NCBI GenBank assembly: GCA_018238155.1 | Contig: JABCTZ010000003.1 | Coordinates: forward strand, 128,001 to 192,000 | Reading direction: 5' to 3' | DNA: 64,000 nucleotides | Origin: Candidatus Heimdallarchaeota archaeon | GTDB lineage: Archaea; Asgardarchaeota; Heimdallarchaeia; JABLTI01 | In this document: one piece after another, positions 9,315 to 19,562 of the stretch | Position numbering within the stretch: position 1 is the stretch's first letter | Layout: the number at the start of each line of letters is the position of its first letter | Position numbers and translations under genes: made by a program | Notes under the pieces: model-generated | What the model was told of the DNA's origin: nothing | The model's input: the letters and a program-made list of their open reading frames with translations, nothing else | Database searches by the model: none

Positions 9315-9953
9315 CTAATCACCTCGAAGTGATCTTCTGAAACTATTCAACCATCTTACAGCTTCAAATTCTAATCGCTTGATTAGACCATCTTCAAGCA
9401 CCTCATCAGGTGGCTTTGTTTCTAACATTTGTTTCCAGTTGATGATTTCTTTAACAACATCTGATTCTGGACCAAAACCTGGATAAGCTTTCAAAATATC
9501 TTCCATATCATCGAGATTTGGAACTATAAGTTCAATCCGAGCTACACTTCTTAAGCGAAGTAAATCGATTAATTCGATTGCTCCTGCTACGAAATCAGCT
9601 GTTTTTGCCGGAAGATTTTTCATCTGTTGGAAGGGCATTGCCACAGTCTCAACATTATCTCCTATTGGAATTGGGGCAACTCCTTCTGCAAATCGAAGTT
9701 TTTCTGCACCAAAGGGATATTTCTGTACAATTGATTCTCTATCAAGGAACCCATCAAGATTGAAACCTAATTTTTGCAGTCGAAAGCGTGCTTTAAATGC
9801 ATCTCTAATTAAAGAGCGTAGTTGCCGTCGATACATTCCTGGATCGAGTATCCCATCTGCAAAACTTTGGCTTATATTATCAATAGTTGCTATACATGAG
9901 AACAGCTCTGCTTCAAGTTCTATTTGGGATTTGTTTTTTGACGAATAAGACAT
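9315..9953 (-). CDS. vps28: ESCRT-I Vps28-like protein
   Basis: AELFSCIATID...ADG.L....Y...LRSLI N-terminal hairpin; TADFV...IELIDLLRL C-terminal bundle; follows the Vps23-like gene. Confidence 0.85.
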   Translation of the reverse strand: MSYSSKNKSQIELEAELFSCIATIDNISQSFADGILDPGMYRRQLRSLIRDAFKARFRLQKLGFNLDGFLDRESIVQKYPFGAEKLRFAEGVAPIPIGDNVETVAMPFQQMKNLPAKTADFVAGAIELIDLLRLRSVARIELIVPNLDDMEDILKAYPGFGPESDVVKEIINWKQMLETKPPDEVLEDGLIKRLEFEAVRWLNSFRRSLRGD

Positions 9954-9966
9954 TTTAATTTACCTC

Positions 9967-10719
9967 TTATGATTGCTCCAAATTTTTACTGGTTAAATAC
10001 ATCTCTTTTGTATATCTTCTATAGAGTTTAGCGAAATCTACAGGACTTATTTCTCCATCTTTGAATTTTTCATCAAGTGTTGACAACAAGTCTGCTAGAG
10101 CTACACTTTGTGCTTGTAATAATATCTTCTCACTCTGTTTTTTATCAGAAGGTAATAATACATCGAGATTTTCAATTTTTGAAATCTTCTCATCTGAACC
10201 TTTTACCACTTCTGCACGAAGTTTTCGTATTTCATCATCTTTCTTACGAATCTTTTTCTGAAGTTCAGATATTGTTTCATTGATATCCTCAACTTTTTTC
10301 TGGCTTGGTGTAGCTACTGTTTCCCAAGTTTGTACTGATGCTTTTTGCCTGGTAACTTTTCCAGAAGTAGTTTTTGGTGGTACTTTCTCGAACAGCCTCT
10401 CTAATGCTTTTATTACTTGGTACACATGTTTATCCGGTTTCCATTCATGAGTTATTTGTAGTAACACATTACCATCTTTTTCGACATTTGGATGAATAAT
10501 GCTCTTATCTTGAAGAATCACGCGTGGAGGGTATAATGGAAATTTTAAGGGAACTAGTACTTCAACAGGAATTTTGACTTTTCCTTCTGGAGTATCTATT
10601 TCAATATTCCCTTGCCATTTATTCAAACCCTCTCCAATTGGGGCAAAACCTTTAGCATAATTAAACATGAGTTGCATTTCTCGGGCCAATGCTAATTCAT
10701 TAATTTGATTTTTCGACAA
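9967..10719 (-). CDS. ESCRT-I Vps23/TSG101-like protein (UEV, coiled coil, steadiness box)
   Basis: UBC-fold motifs P..FP..PP and HPNV..DG.V.L with no catalytic Cys; coiled coil; ALADLL..L...F.DGEIS..DF.K.YR. Confidence 0.85.
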   Translation of the reverse strand: MSKNQINELALAREMQLMFNYAKGFAPIGEGLNKWQGNIEIDTPEGKVKIPVEVLVPLKFPLYPPRVILQDKSIIHPNVEKDGNVLLQITHEWKPDKHVYQVIKALERLFEKVPPKTTSGKVTRQKASVQTWETVATPSQKKVEDINETISELQKKIRKKDDEIRKLRAEVVKGSDEKISKIENLDVLLPSDKKQSEKILLQAQSVALADLLSTLDEKFKDGEISPVDFAKLYRRYTKEMYLTSKNLEQS

Positions 10720-11017
10720 GGTATTCGATTTCTCCTATATAGGTATCTTAGACAATCTACCATTTAAACATTAACGAATAACATATTAATTAATCTAAAG
10801 TATGTGGCAGAACTTTTTTATCATATTTTTACTGATAAATTACTATTTAAACTATATAAAAGGATAAAAATTGCTTTTCCGAAATTTGCACAATTATTAT
10901 AAACAATTCTTGTGAAATGGAATTGTTTAACACATTTGTTCTACAAATTCGCGGTAAGTTACCGATACTGTTAAACCTATTCGAAAAGCAATAAAGTTTA
11001 GTATCGTAAATTTAAAA

Positions 11018-12118
11018 GTGATCAATATGAGTGAATTTTCATTCGGAGACCGCTTAAAACAGAAACTCGGTCTTTACAAACCCCCAACAGAGGAAAAAAT
11101 AGAAGCGGTTGAAATTCCTACCGATCCAGAAGTTTTAGTTGCTATTAGAAATTTAAAGAAACACTTCATGGTAGCCGGTGGAGGATTAATTTTTAACAGA
11201 ATACCTATTTTTCTAAAGGCAGTAGATGGTATTTCTTTTAATGTTAGAAAAGGAGAAACCGTTGGTGTTGTAGGTGAATCCGGTTGCGGAAAATCAACTG
11301 CTGCAAGAGCAATTTTACAATTATTAGAACCAACTTCAGGTCATGTTTTCTTTAGAACTGAAGATGGTGAAATGATCGATCTAGTTGGACTTGATAAGAA
11401 CGAACTTAGAGAAATGAGACGACAAATGCAAATTGTGTTCCAAGATCCCTCAGCTTCACTTAATCCAAGAATGACCGCATTTGATATTATTGCTGAACCT
11501 TTAATTATTCACAAAGTAGCTGACGGTGACGAATTAAAAATTCGAACAATTGAGCTTATGGAAAAAGTAGGTTTAATGATTCACCATGCTTTTAGGTTTC
11601 CTCACGAATTTTCCGGCGGACAAAAACAACGTGTTGGAATTGCTCGTGCTTTAGCATTAAATCCAAGTTTTGTTATTCTTGATGAACCAGTATCTGCTCT
11701 TGATGTTTCTGTAAGAGCTGCTGTTCTTATGCTGTTAAGAAACCTACAACGAGAATTTGACTTAGCTTACATTTTCATTGCACACGATTTGTCAGTAATT
11801 AGAATGATTTCTGATTATGTCTGTGTAATGTATCTTGGAAGACTAGTAGAAATTGGCTCTGTAACAGATGTTTTTGAAGATATGAGGCACCCATATACTC
11901 GTGCTCTTATTTCTGCAATTCCAATTCCTGACCCAACAGTTAAACCTGAAAGAATTTTCCTTGAAGGCGATCCTCCCTCTCCCGTTGCTCCACCCCCCGG
12001 ATGTAATTTCCATCCACGGTGTCCAATTGCAACTTCTATTTGTACACAAGAGGAACCACCAAGAATACAAGTTTCAGAGACTCACTTTGTTGAGTGTCAT
12101 CATGTTACTACTAAGTAA
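11018..12118 (+). CDS. Oligopeptide/dipeptide ABC transporter ATP-binding subunit (OppF/DppF type)
   Basis: GESGCGKS, FSGGQKQR, ILDEP, HPYT and Cys-rich C-terminus (GC.FHPRCP). Confidence 0.95.
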   Translation: MINMSEFSFGDRLKQKLGLYKPPTEEKIEAVEIPTDPEVLVAIRNLKKHFMVAGGGLIFNRIPIFLKAVDGISFNVRKGETVGVVGESGCGKSTAARAILQLLEPTSGHVFFRTEDGEMIDLVGLDKNELREMRRQMQIVFQDPSASLNPRMTAFDIIAEPLIIHKVADGDELKIRTIELMEKVGLMIHHAFRFPHEFSGGQKQRVGIARALALNPSFVILDEPVSALDVSVRAAVLMLLRNLQREFDLAYIFIAHDLSVIRMISDYVCVMYLGRLVEIGSVTDVFEDMRHPYTRALISAIPIPDPTVKPERIFLEGDPPSPVAPPPGCNFHPRCPIATSICTQEEPPRIQVSETHFVECHHVTTK

Positions 12119-12188
12119 GCAAGGAATGAAATAGAGATGGTCCACATCTCTTTTTAACTTCTTTTCTATTTCATTTTCTATTCAAGAA

Positions 12189-13574
12189 TTAGCTTGTGAT
12201 TTGCATTATATTCATTATTTTTTCTTTTTGTTTCATACTATAAATAGCAAACAGAATGACCAATGCAATTGCGAATGCTATACTAGCGAATATGAATGAC
12301 CAAGGGTATCCACCAAAAACGGTTAATGATTTCACAGTTTCTTTGTTTAACAGTAAAATGCCTTGAACCAATGTTGCTAATGATTTTACTGCAGTGCTAA
12401 AGACAAAGAATATTCCCATGAAACTTGCTTCTCGTCCTTTTGGGACAATATCTGCCGGCAAAGCAATTTGAAGTGTACTAATTAATATGTTACTTAATCC
12501 TCCAATTATTACGATAAAATAAATCGCGCTGAAATTCTTCATCAGTGCCAGTAACAAACAGAAAATACCATAGCTTAAACTTGCAACAATACTAGCTCTA
12601 GTTTTCCCGATTCTATTTACAAACCAGATAACAGGTATAAGAAATACTGCAATAAAGACACCCATTAGAATATTACTTGCAAAAGAGGCGGTAATTTCTA
12701 GAACATCGAAACGTTTTACTAATGAAACTACAAGCCCCGTCTCAACTAAATGTGAACCAAACCCCCAAAAAGTATTAACTATTAATAATAGAGCCCATGG
12801 TAACCCTCCATATTTCCAGATAATTTTTGGTATTCTTCTAATATCACTTAGTTTAACATCACTAGGTTCTTTTGGATTCTCTCGAGGTAAAAGAATACTT
12901 GTTAAAATACCTCCTATTGCTAAAGCTAAACCAGTAATTATCCAAATAATCCATGAAAAACCATTATCTATTAGCATTGAAAAAATAATTATCGCAATTG
13001 CTGCCCCTGTAGCACTAAATATTATTACAACTACACTTGCAAAAGTTCTTTCTTTCTTTTTGAAAAGATCTGAAATCAGTGAAAACCAAGCAGGATAAGC
13101 TCCACCCAATAACAAGTGAGCAATAGTGAAGATAATTGCCAACAAAATGAAGATCATTGTTAAGTTATTTACAACCTGTGTTATTAGTGGAATTAATATG
13201 AAAAATGCTCCTGCACCTACACTTCCAAGAAAAATTGTTGGTATTCTCTGTCCAAACTTTGAACGAATTTTGTCACTGATAATTCCTCCGAAAATTGCCC
13301 CAATACATAATGCCATCAATGAAATTGAAAAGAGTACAGATATTACAATAGAACTTTTAAATCCCACATCTTCTAAGATTTCAATAAAATGTACATATTC
13401 TGCTGTCGTAACAAAATTATAACCGAAACTGAATACTCCAACAGCAAAAAGAAATTTGACAAGTTTTTTTGTTACTACTAATTTCTCAATTTTCTCTTCT
13501 TGTATCTGGTAATCTTCTTGTGTTTCAGCATTTCCTTCATTCATTGAGGTGTTCAAACCTTTACCATTGTCCAC
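12189..13574 (-). CDS. MFS transporter
   Basis: About 12 TM segments, GG.ISDKIRSKFGQR motif A. Confidence 0.9.
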   Translation of the reverse strand: MDNGKGLNTSMNEGNAETQEDYQIQEEKIEKLVVTKKLVKFLFAVGVFSFGYNFVTTAEYVHFIEILEDVGFKSSIVISVLFSISLMALCIGAIFGGIISDKIRSKFGQRIPTIFLGSVGAGAFFILIPLITQVVNNLTMIFILLAIIFTIAHLLLGGAYPAWFSLISDLFKKKERTFASVVVIIFSATGAAIAIIIFSMLIDNGFSWIIWIITGLALAIGGILTSILLPRENPKEPSDVKLSDIRRIPKIIWKYGGLPWALLLIVNTFWGFGSHLVETGLVVSLVKRFDVLEITASFASNILMGVFIAVFLIPVIWFVNRIGKTRASIVASLSYGIFCLLLALMKNFSAIYFIVIIGGLSNILISTLQIALPADIVPKGREASFMGIFFVFSTAVKSLATLVQGILLLNKETVKSLTVFGGYPWSFIFASIAFAIALVILFAIYSMKQKEKIMNIMQITS

Positions 13575-13725
13575 CAGTTCTCTGGAAAATTTTTCTTATA
13601 AACATAACATTTTTGTCTATGGATGAATGAACAAATCAATAAAATATACTACAACAAAAAGATAATTAAAGGTTAATTTTCTTAAGAAGTAAAAAGAAAA
13701 AATAATCAATTTTGTTGTGTTAATC

Positions 13726-14184
13726 ATGGCACCTATATCTTTAAATTTAAATTCCTGGGAATGGTGGCTCATAATTGTTATATCAATTTTGCTTCTGACT
13801 TTGACGTTATATCTTAGTATGAGGTTTGTCACTGGTCGTAAGAAATTAACATTCGGATATTTCCTTAGAATATTCCTTATTTCAATTGTTCTTCTAATTG
13901 GTCTTGTTGCAGTTGCAGAAGCTATTGCTCAAGTATTAAATTTAGGATACCATTTTGCACCAATGTTTTACATATTGATGACAATGGGTTTCATTCTAAT
14001 AATAAGATACTTCCTAACAAATTCTACTGTTATACCATACCATGAAGGATCATCAGATAAATATTGGCAATGGTCAATGTGGGTAACTTTGATATCCATA
14101 ATATTATTGTTCATAATTGCTTTCCTTGTTGAACTTATATCTGGTTTAATTATAGATCCGCCCTTGACTCTAATCACTTTCTAA
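13726..14184 (+). CDS. Four-TM membrane protein of unknown function
   Basis: Four hydrophobic segments; T-rich terminator-like tract follows. Confidence 0.7.
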   Translation: MAPISLNLNSWEWWLIIVISILLLTLTLYLSMRFVTGRKKLTFGYFLRIFLISIVLLIGLVAVAEAIAQVLNLGYHFAPMFYILMTMGFILIIRYFLTNSTVIPYHEGSSDKYWQWSMWVTLISIILLFIIAFLVELISGLIIDPPLTLITF

Positions 14185-14328
14185 GAAATTAACATAAAAA
14201 AGGGATTTCCCTTTTTTCTATTCTTTTTTTCAAACAATTTTTTTATATCTAATTGAGAAATAACTTTTAGACTATACAAAACGATTAAAAGTCTTGAAAA
14301 TGTAATTAAAATTGGAAGGTAATTAAAT

Positions 14329-14748
14329 TTGAGCGACACAGATAACAATCCAAATACTATTTTAGATGCTACATTATTGGTTTTGGATTCAGGTGAATTA
14401 CTTTGGTCCCCGAATCGTGGGCACCAGGATAAATGGGAAGGAGATGTTTTATTCTCAGGATTAATGGTTGCATTAAATCAGATGTTTTCATCAATATATG
14501 GTGACAACATTTTTACCATCCAAAGCAAAAATCAAATGTCAATTATTGTTATGTATTCCAATCCTGATAATAATTGGCATCTTGTTGCTCGAAGTAGCTA
14601 TACAGAAAAAACAGCTATTTATGATTTGGTTGAAGAATTAGGTGAAACTCTTTCAATAGGCTTAGGAGACACTCTTTCTCAAGATTCAGCAAATTTGGAT
14701 ATGATTGATTATGTTATTGATAATGTTATCAGTTCCTTTTCGGGATGA
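14329..14748 (+). CDS. Longin/roadblock-like domain protein
   Basis: hhh.SG.LLW...LFSGLM.AL..MF followed by beta strands and terminal helices, as in Asgard longin-like proteins. Confidence 0.6.
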   Translation: MSDTDNNPNTILDATLLVLDSGELLWSPNRGHQDKWEGDVLFSGLMVALNQMFSSIYGDNIFTIQSKNQMSIIVMYSNPDNNWHLVARSSYTEKTAIYDLVEELGETLSIGLGDTLSQDSANLDMIDYVIDNVISSFSG

Positions 14749-14922
14749 GTGAAATTTAATTCCAATCCTTTAGTTACCATCCAGAAATCATTTTTCTATT
14801 TTGGTTTTGCCATAGTGATAACCAAATGATTTTAAACTCAATTCAAATAATAATACTAAACACGGTGAAATTCTCAATTGTAGTGTTTCTATTCTAACAA
14901 TTGAATGTTAAACTGGAGGTCT

Positions 14923-15558
14923 ATGAAAATGTCGGAAGATCAACCACCAAAAACACCTGAAGTAGAAATGGAAGAACCAGTAAAAGAAGAAGACTCTGCT
15001 GAATTAAAACAAAAAATTTCAGAACTTGAAAGAACCTTAGCTGATAAAGATTCAGAATTAACAAAGAAAGAGGCAGAAATTTCTCCACTTGCAGACAAAG
15101 TAAAGAAATTTGAAGATGAAGCTGCAAGTAAGGACGAGAAAATTTCTAAATTTAATGATGAACTCAAGGATCTTAAATCTGTAGATGCGGAAAATAAAGA
15201 AAAAGTCAAAGGTTTAGAACATCGATTATCCCAAAAAGAACTCGAAATTACTCGCTTAGAGGGATCTGTTGAAGATTTAAGCATTGCAAAGAAGAAAATT
15301 GAAGATCTTCAAAAAGAATATAAAAAACTTGAAGAGGAAATGAGATCACTTACTAAACTCTTTGAAAATGAACCCCGATATACAATTCTCAAGGATCTTG
15401 ATGAATTCGGTGAAATGCGTATGAATCAAGTTGCTATGAAAGCGGGAGTTGCTCCTGTCCAAGCTAAAAAATGGCTTGAAGAGCTTGAGCGCGCCGGTTT
15501 AGTTGAAATTCATGATGAAGGTCGAGACAGTAATCCTCTCGTATCTAAAAAGAAATAA
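14923..15558 (+). CDS. Coiled-coil protein with C-terminal winged helix-turn-helix
   Basis: Long E/K heptad region, then M.QVA.KAGV...QAKKWLEELERAGLVEI; GGAGGT SD at 14914. Confidence 0.75.
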   Translation: MKMSEDQPPKTPEVEMEEPVKEEDSAELKQKISELERTLADKDSELTKKEAEISPLADKVKKFEDEAASKDEKISKFNDELKDLKSVDAENKEKVKGLEHRLSQKELEITRLEGSVEDLSIAKKKIEDLQKEYKKLEEEMRSLTKLFENEPRYTILKDLDEFGEMRMNQVAMKAGVAPVQAKKWLEELERAGLVEIHDEGRDSNPLVSKKK

Positions 15559-15763
15559 TCTAAACTAGAATTTGTTCCTAGTTGATTTCTTTTTTTAAAT
15601 TTTTTTAACTTTAAAATAGCTTTTTCTGATGTCATTCAATTTTCTTTGAACGTTAAATAATCAGATAAAAGCAATTATTAAGTAGTAATCTTATAATAAT
15701 CTGTTATTAGCATTTAGCAAATCAAATTTGAAAGATTAAAATTTGGAGGCAATTCTTTCTTAG

Positions 15764-18094
15764 ATGACCCCCTTACTTATTTCAAGGAAAAAAGTGATTG
15801 CTATCACATCAATTATTATTATCTTCCTTACTGGGCAAGTTATTGGAACCTCCATAAATCAATGTGATTCTCTTTATCATGATGATTATAATGTCTCAGA
15901 TGAGGATTTAATCAATCAAATTAAATTTGCTACAACCTCACTAACTTCACTTTATAATGAAAAGGAAGGTCTTTTTGTCTGGAATGTGCAGGATCCATAT
16001 AATCTTTCTCAATTTGGTGATTTAAGCGATTTAACAAATGGTGGGGAAGGTTTTGAAGTCTTAGATGGCGAATTGTGGCTTAATGGCTTAGCACAAGATG
16101 TATCGTTACAGTATCTATTATTGAAGAATTATGTTTCAACCTCATTACAGTTTATTGGAACAATAGATGAACATCGAGAGTTCAATCGCGAATGGATTTT
16201 CATGACATATGAAATTATTCATTCTTTGTATTATAATGTAGCCAATAGTGATTTCTTATTGAGCGTTTTAAATGCTTTATCTGTTAATGATGACACATTT
16301 GGAGAATATTGGAATGTATTAATTCGTACAAAATATAATTCTTTTATCCAAGAAGAAATTTCTTTATTATGTGATACACTTGTTTTAGGCTCAAAGATTC
16401 TTCGAGCAGCTGAATTTATGCCTTACTTTAATTTCTACGAAAAATCAATTCTTCTTGTTTTATCTAATCAGATAAGTAACTGGTGGAAAGCTATCAATAG
16501 ATATACTCTATATGATCCTGATTTTGCTATTGCAGGTATAGGTTTATCCAAAATTCACAGTAAATATCAAAAGTGGATTGATTGGCGGGCATTCAAAGAA
16601 TTAGCTACAAATGGTAGTTTTACAACTACAGATATTTTTACTTCTGAACATGAAGACTTACAAAGGCTTATCTTTACTTCTCCACAAATTGCTAATATTT
16701 ATCTCGAACAAATCGAAAAAGCAAATGCAAAACAGTCATATGGTTGGGATGATAATCGACATCATTATGCTGAAATATCTGATTCCTTGGCTAAAGGAAT
16801 TTACAATGAAATAATAAATTCCTATTATGAACATATTTTCTACGTTCGTGATCATGTAATTTATGTCTTTAATCCTCAATACAATGATAGTTGGACTCCA
16901 TTACCTGATAGATTTCAAGGATATTCATATTATTCGGGAGAATATTTCATTGATTCTCAAGGTTCAGAAAATGATTTTTATGCCTATCGTAATGATAACT
17001 CTCCATTAAAAATCACTGGCACACGAACTTATCAAGGTGCAGGTGATATTAGAGGTCTAATGGATGTTTATACATTACTTTCTCATTCCTTTACTAATGA
17101 TGACTACTTACAAGATTTTGAAAAGAAATCTTTCGAAATATTGATACAAATAGTAAATGCTCAAAGAAGTGATCATGCATTTGTTTTCAGCCCATATTTT
17201 GGTTCTGCACTAGATGAAAGCGTGGTTCTTAATCCTTTGATAAATGATGCTCAAATCATCAATCCAAACGTTTTACCTGAAGGTATTGACCAGTTTACTG
17301 GTACAATGTCTGTAATGGAATTTTTACTTGAAGCACAATCTGATTTGACTATTTTCGGCACAGAAGAAATGAATTATTTAAATGATAAATTACAAAGTAC
17401 AATTCTATCCATTACAGAATTATTTGAGTTAATGACTCATAAATCAACCATGGGTATCCCCAAACAAACAATTCTTGGAAATTCTAATCCACAAGAGCAT
17501 GAAACTCACTATTATAGTGCAGAAAACATTCTCGTTAAGATCAACTTTTTTGATTCATTAACAAATGAAATCTTATTACCTGACTGGCTTGAAAATTATA
17601 ATACTTATACATTCCTTGGTACTTCTTTCATTTATCAATGGGATTATCTAACTCTACTTAAAGATGCCTTCCTAAATTTGAAGGATCCTGCTATTGTTAC
17701 TCCATTATTTGACTCACTAGTTCTCTTCAGTGAAGATTTCTTACAAGATGAACAGTATCAACTTCTTTCAATTTGTGAAGCAAAAGATGCAATTGCACGA
17801 ACACTCTTTACTGAAGCACTAGTAGATAGTAGTATAATTTTGAGTGACCAAACCGGCATTTATGGCAATGCAATTCCTTACAAATATCGGTCTGAGGTTT
17901 CTCCTGTGACCAATGTTTTTGCAGCTGAAACACCACAACGTGTATCTGCCTTGATTTTATCAATCCTACCTTCCCTTGCTGATATCACAGAAGTTATTTC
18001 AAATCCAATCAATCAAATAGTTATTTTTGGTTTTGCTTGTGGTGTAATAATGACGATTGTAGTTATCTATATTCGACGACCAAAGCACCAGTAA
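15764..18094 (+). CDS. Large secreted, C-terminally membrane-anchored protein of unknown function
   Basis: N-terminal signal peptide; C-terminal TM helix followed by RRPK. Confidence 0.75.
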   Translation: MTPLLISRKKVIAITSIIIIFLTGQVIGTSINQCDSLYHDDYNVSDEDLINQIKFATTSLTSLYNEKEGLFVWNVQDPYNLSQFGDLSDLTNGGEGFEVLDGELWLNGLAQDVSLQYLLLKNYVSTSLQFIGTIDEHREFNREWIFMTYEIIHSLYYNVANSDFLLSVLNALSVNDDTFGEYWNVLIRTKYNSFIQEEISLLCDTLVLGSKILRAAEFMPYFNFYEKSILLVLSNQISNWWKAINRYTLYDPDFAIAGIGLSKIHSKYQKWIDWRAFKELATNGSFTTTDIFTSEHEDLQRLIFTSPQIANIYLEQIEKANAKQSYGWDDNRHHYAEISDSLAKGIYNEIINSYYEHIFYVRDHVIYVFNPQYNDSWTPLPDRFQGYSYYSGEYFIDSQGSENDFYAYRNDNSPLKITGTRTYQGAGDIRGLMDVYTLLSHSFTNDDYLQDFEKKSFEILIQIVNAQRSDHAFVFSPYFGSALDESVVLNPLINDAQIINPNVLPEGIDQFTGTMSVMEFLLEAQSDLTIFGTEEMNYLNDKLQSTILSITELFELMTHKSTMGIPKQTILGNSNPQEHETHYYSAENILVKINFFDSLTNEILLPDWLENYNTYTFLGTSFIYQWDYLTLLKDAFLNLKDPAIVTPLFDSLVLFSEDFLQDEQYQLLSICEAKDAIARTLFTEALVDSSIILSDQTGIYGNAIPYKYRSEVSPVTNVFAAETPQRVSALILSILPSLADITEVISNPINQIVIFGFACGVIMTIVVIYIRRPKHQ

Positions 18095-18225
18095 AATGAC
18101 ATAATTGAAAGTAAAAAACCCTTTTCATTATTAATTTCCATAATAACATCTGACCTAAAATTTATAAACAATATAAACCTTATTAGTTTAATAGTGTCCA
18201 CTTAACATGTTAGGAGCAAAGTCAA

Positions 18226-18756
18226 TTGCAGTCATTTCAAAATGAAATAAATAGTTTTCTGAAAAATATCACCGAAGCTCGTAAATCTTCTTCAATTGAT
18301 TTACTAAGATTAGATGATACTACATTGGCGGTTGTTGGATTACAATCAATTAAAATCTTAACTGATACTCAAAAAGAGATGGTTGAATTATTGTTAGATA
18401 ATCCAAGATCAGGAGCACAACTTGCTAAATTGACTAAGAAGACTCCCCAATTTATTTCAAAAATAATGAAGACTCTAATCAAATACCAGCTTGTAGATCA
18501 TATTCCAGCACCCTTTGGTCCTTCAAAATTCTATACCTTGAAAGCAAATATTCTTGGTACAGAGAAAATTGGAGTGATGAAAGGTAAAACAATCCCCTCT
18601 GAGCTTGAAGAAGAAATTGAACGCAGGGGAGTATTTGGAAATTTAATGTCACTATCATTTCATGAAATATTAAACATGATCAGGGAACTTGACGAAAGCG
18701 AAAAACAAAAAGTCCTCGACTATATTATAGAATATACTCAAGTCGTGGAGGATTAA
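18226..18756 (+). CDS. Winged-helix transcriptional regulator (ArsR/MarR-like)
   Basis: LTDTQKEMVELL..NPRSGAQLAK....TPQFISK.MK.L....LV...K.Y. Confidence 0.75.
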   Translation: MQSFQNEINSFLKNITEARKSSSIDLLRLDDTTLAVVGLQSIKILTDTQKEMVELLLDNPRSGAQLAKLTKKTPQFISKIMKTLIKYQLVDHIPAPFGPSKFYTLKANILGTEKIGVMKGKTIPSELEEEIERRGVFGNLMSLSFHEILNMIRELDESEKQKVLDYIIEYTQVVED

Positions 18757-18810
18757 TCGCTGAACGACAAACGACCTACATCGGCCAAAAAACCAGTCTT
18801 CACAAAAATT

Positions 18811-19545
18811 GTGAAGGAATCACTAAAATCGATCATCTTAAGCGGCGAGAGCCAACTGGATAAGTTCGTTTCTCACCGCGTCCTATATTTTCTTGGTTTT
18901 CTAACTGGTTGGGATCCTAGAATTTTTTCCATAGAATTGTTGCCAATAAGTTACTTTTTAATTTGGTCAATTGTTCTTTTTGCTCTGAATGAAATTTATT
19001 TTGCTCTGATTTTTCTAATTTCAGGGTTTTTAATATTCATCTATTTTATCTTACTTCATACTGTTATCTCATCTTGGGATAGAATTAGACGTTGGCTTAT
19101 TCGTAAGGCTCGAAAACGAGGGGGAGTAAAAAATTTGACTCTAGAAGACATCAAATTTTTATTGATATACACGCGAAAAGTATTTGGTGTAAAAACTGAA
19201 GTCGCTTCCCAAAACGGAAAACCATTTTCTGAAGAAAATCTTCGTAAATTGTTACAGCATCACAAATATTGGCAAAAAATATTAACTGTATTAGTTATTT
19301 TTGTTCTTTTTATTTTGACTGGTTTGGGGATTTATGGTGTTGTCATAGAAGCAAATATCTTGAATTGGTTGAAGGATTGGTGGTATTTTATACCTGCACT
19401 TTTTTCAATTATTCTTATAGGCATTATTGGATTGGTAATTTCAAAGTCTAAAATTAGAGCTACAATAAATAACATCCCGACAGATAAATTCGATGAGGTT
19501 CTAAGAATTTTGAACGACTTTGAAGTTTTTGGTGGAAAGAAATAA
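18811..19545 (+). CDS. Four-TM membrane protein of unknown function
   Basis: Two TM hairpins separated by a basic soluble segment. Confidence 0.7.
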   Translation: MKESLKSIILSGESQLDKFVSHRVLYFLGFLTGWDPRIFSIELLPISYFLIWSIVLFALNEIYFALIFLISGFLIFIYFILLHTVISSWDRIRRWLIRKARKRGGVKNLTLEDIKFLLIYTRKVFGVKTEVASQNGKPFSEENLRKLLQHHKYWQKILTVLVIFVLFILTGLGIYGVVIEANILNWLKDWWYFIPALFSIILIGIIGLVISKSKIRATINNIPTDKFDEVLRILNDFEVFGGKK

Positions 19546-19562
19546 AAAAAAGAACGTTCAAG

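Noticed and set aside
9967-10719. Active E2 ubiquitin-conjugating enzyme
   Set aside because: The protein contains no Cys, and the coiled coil plus steadiness box indicate UEV-Vps23
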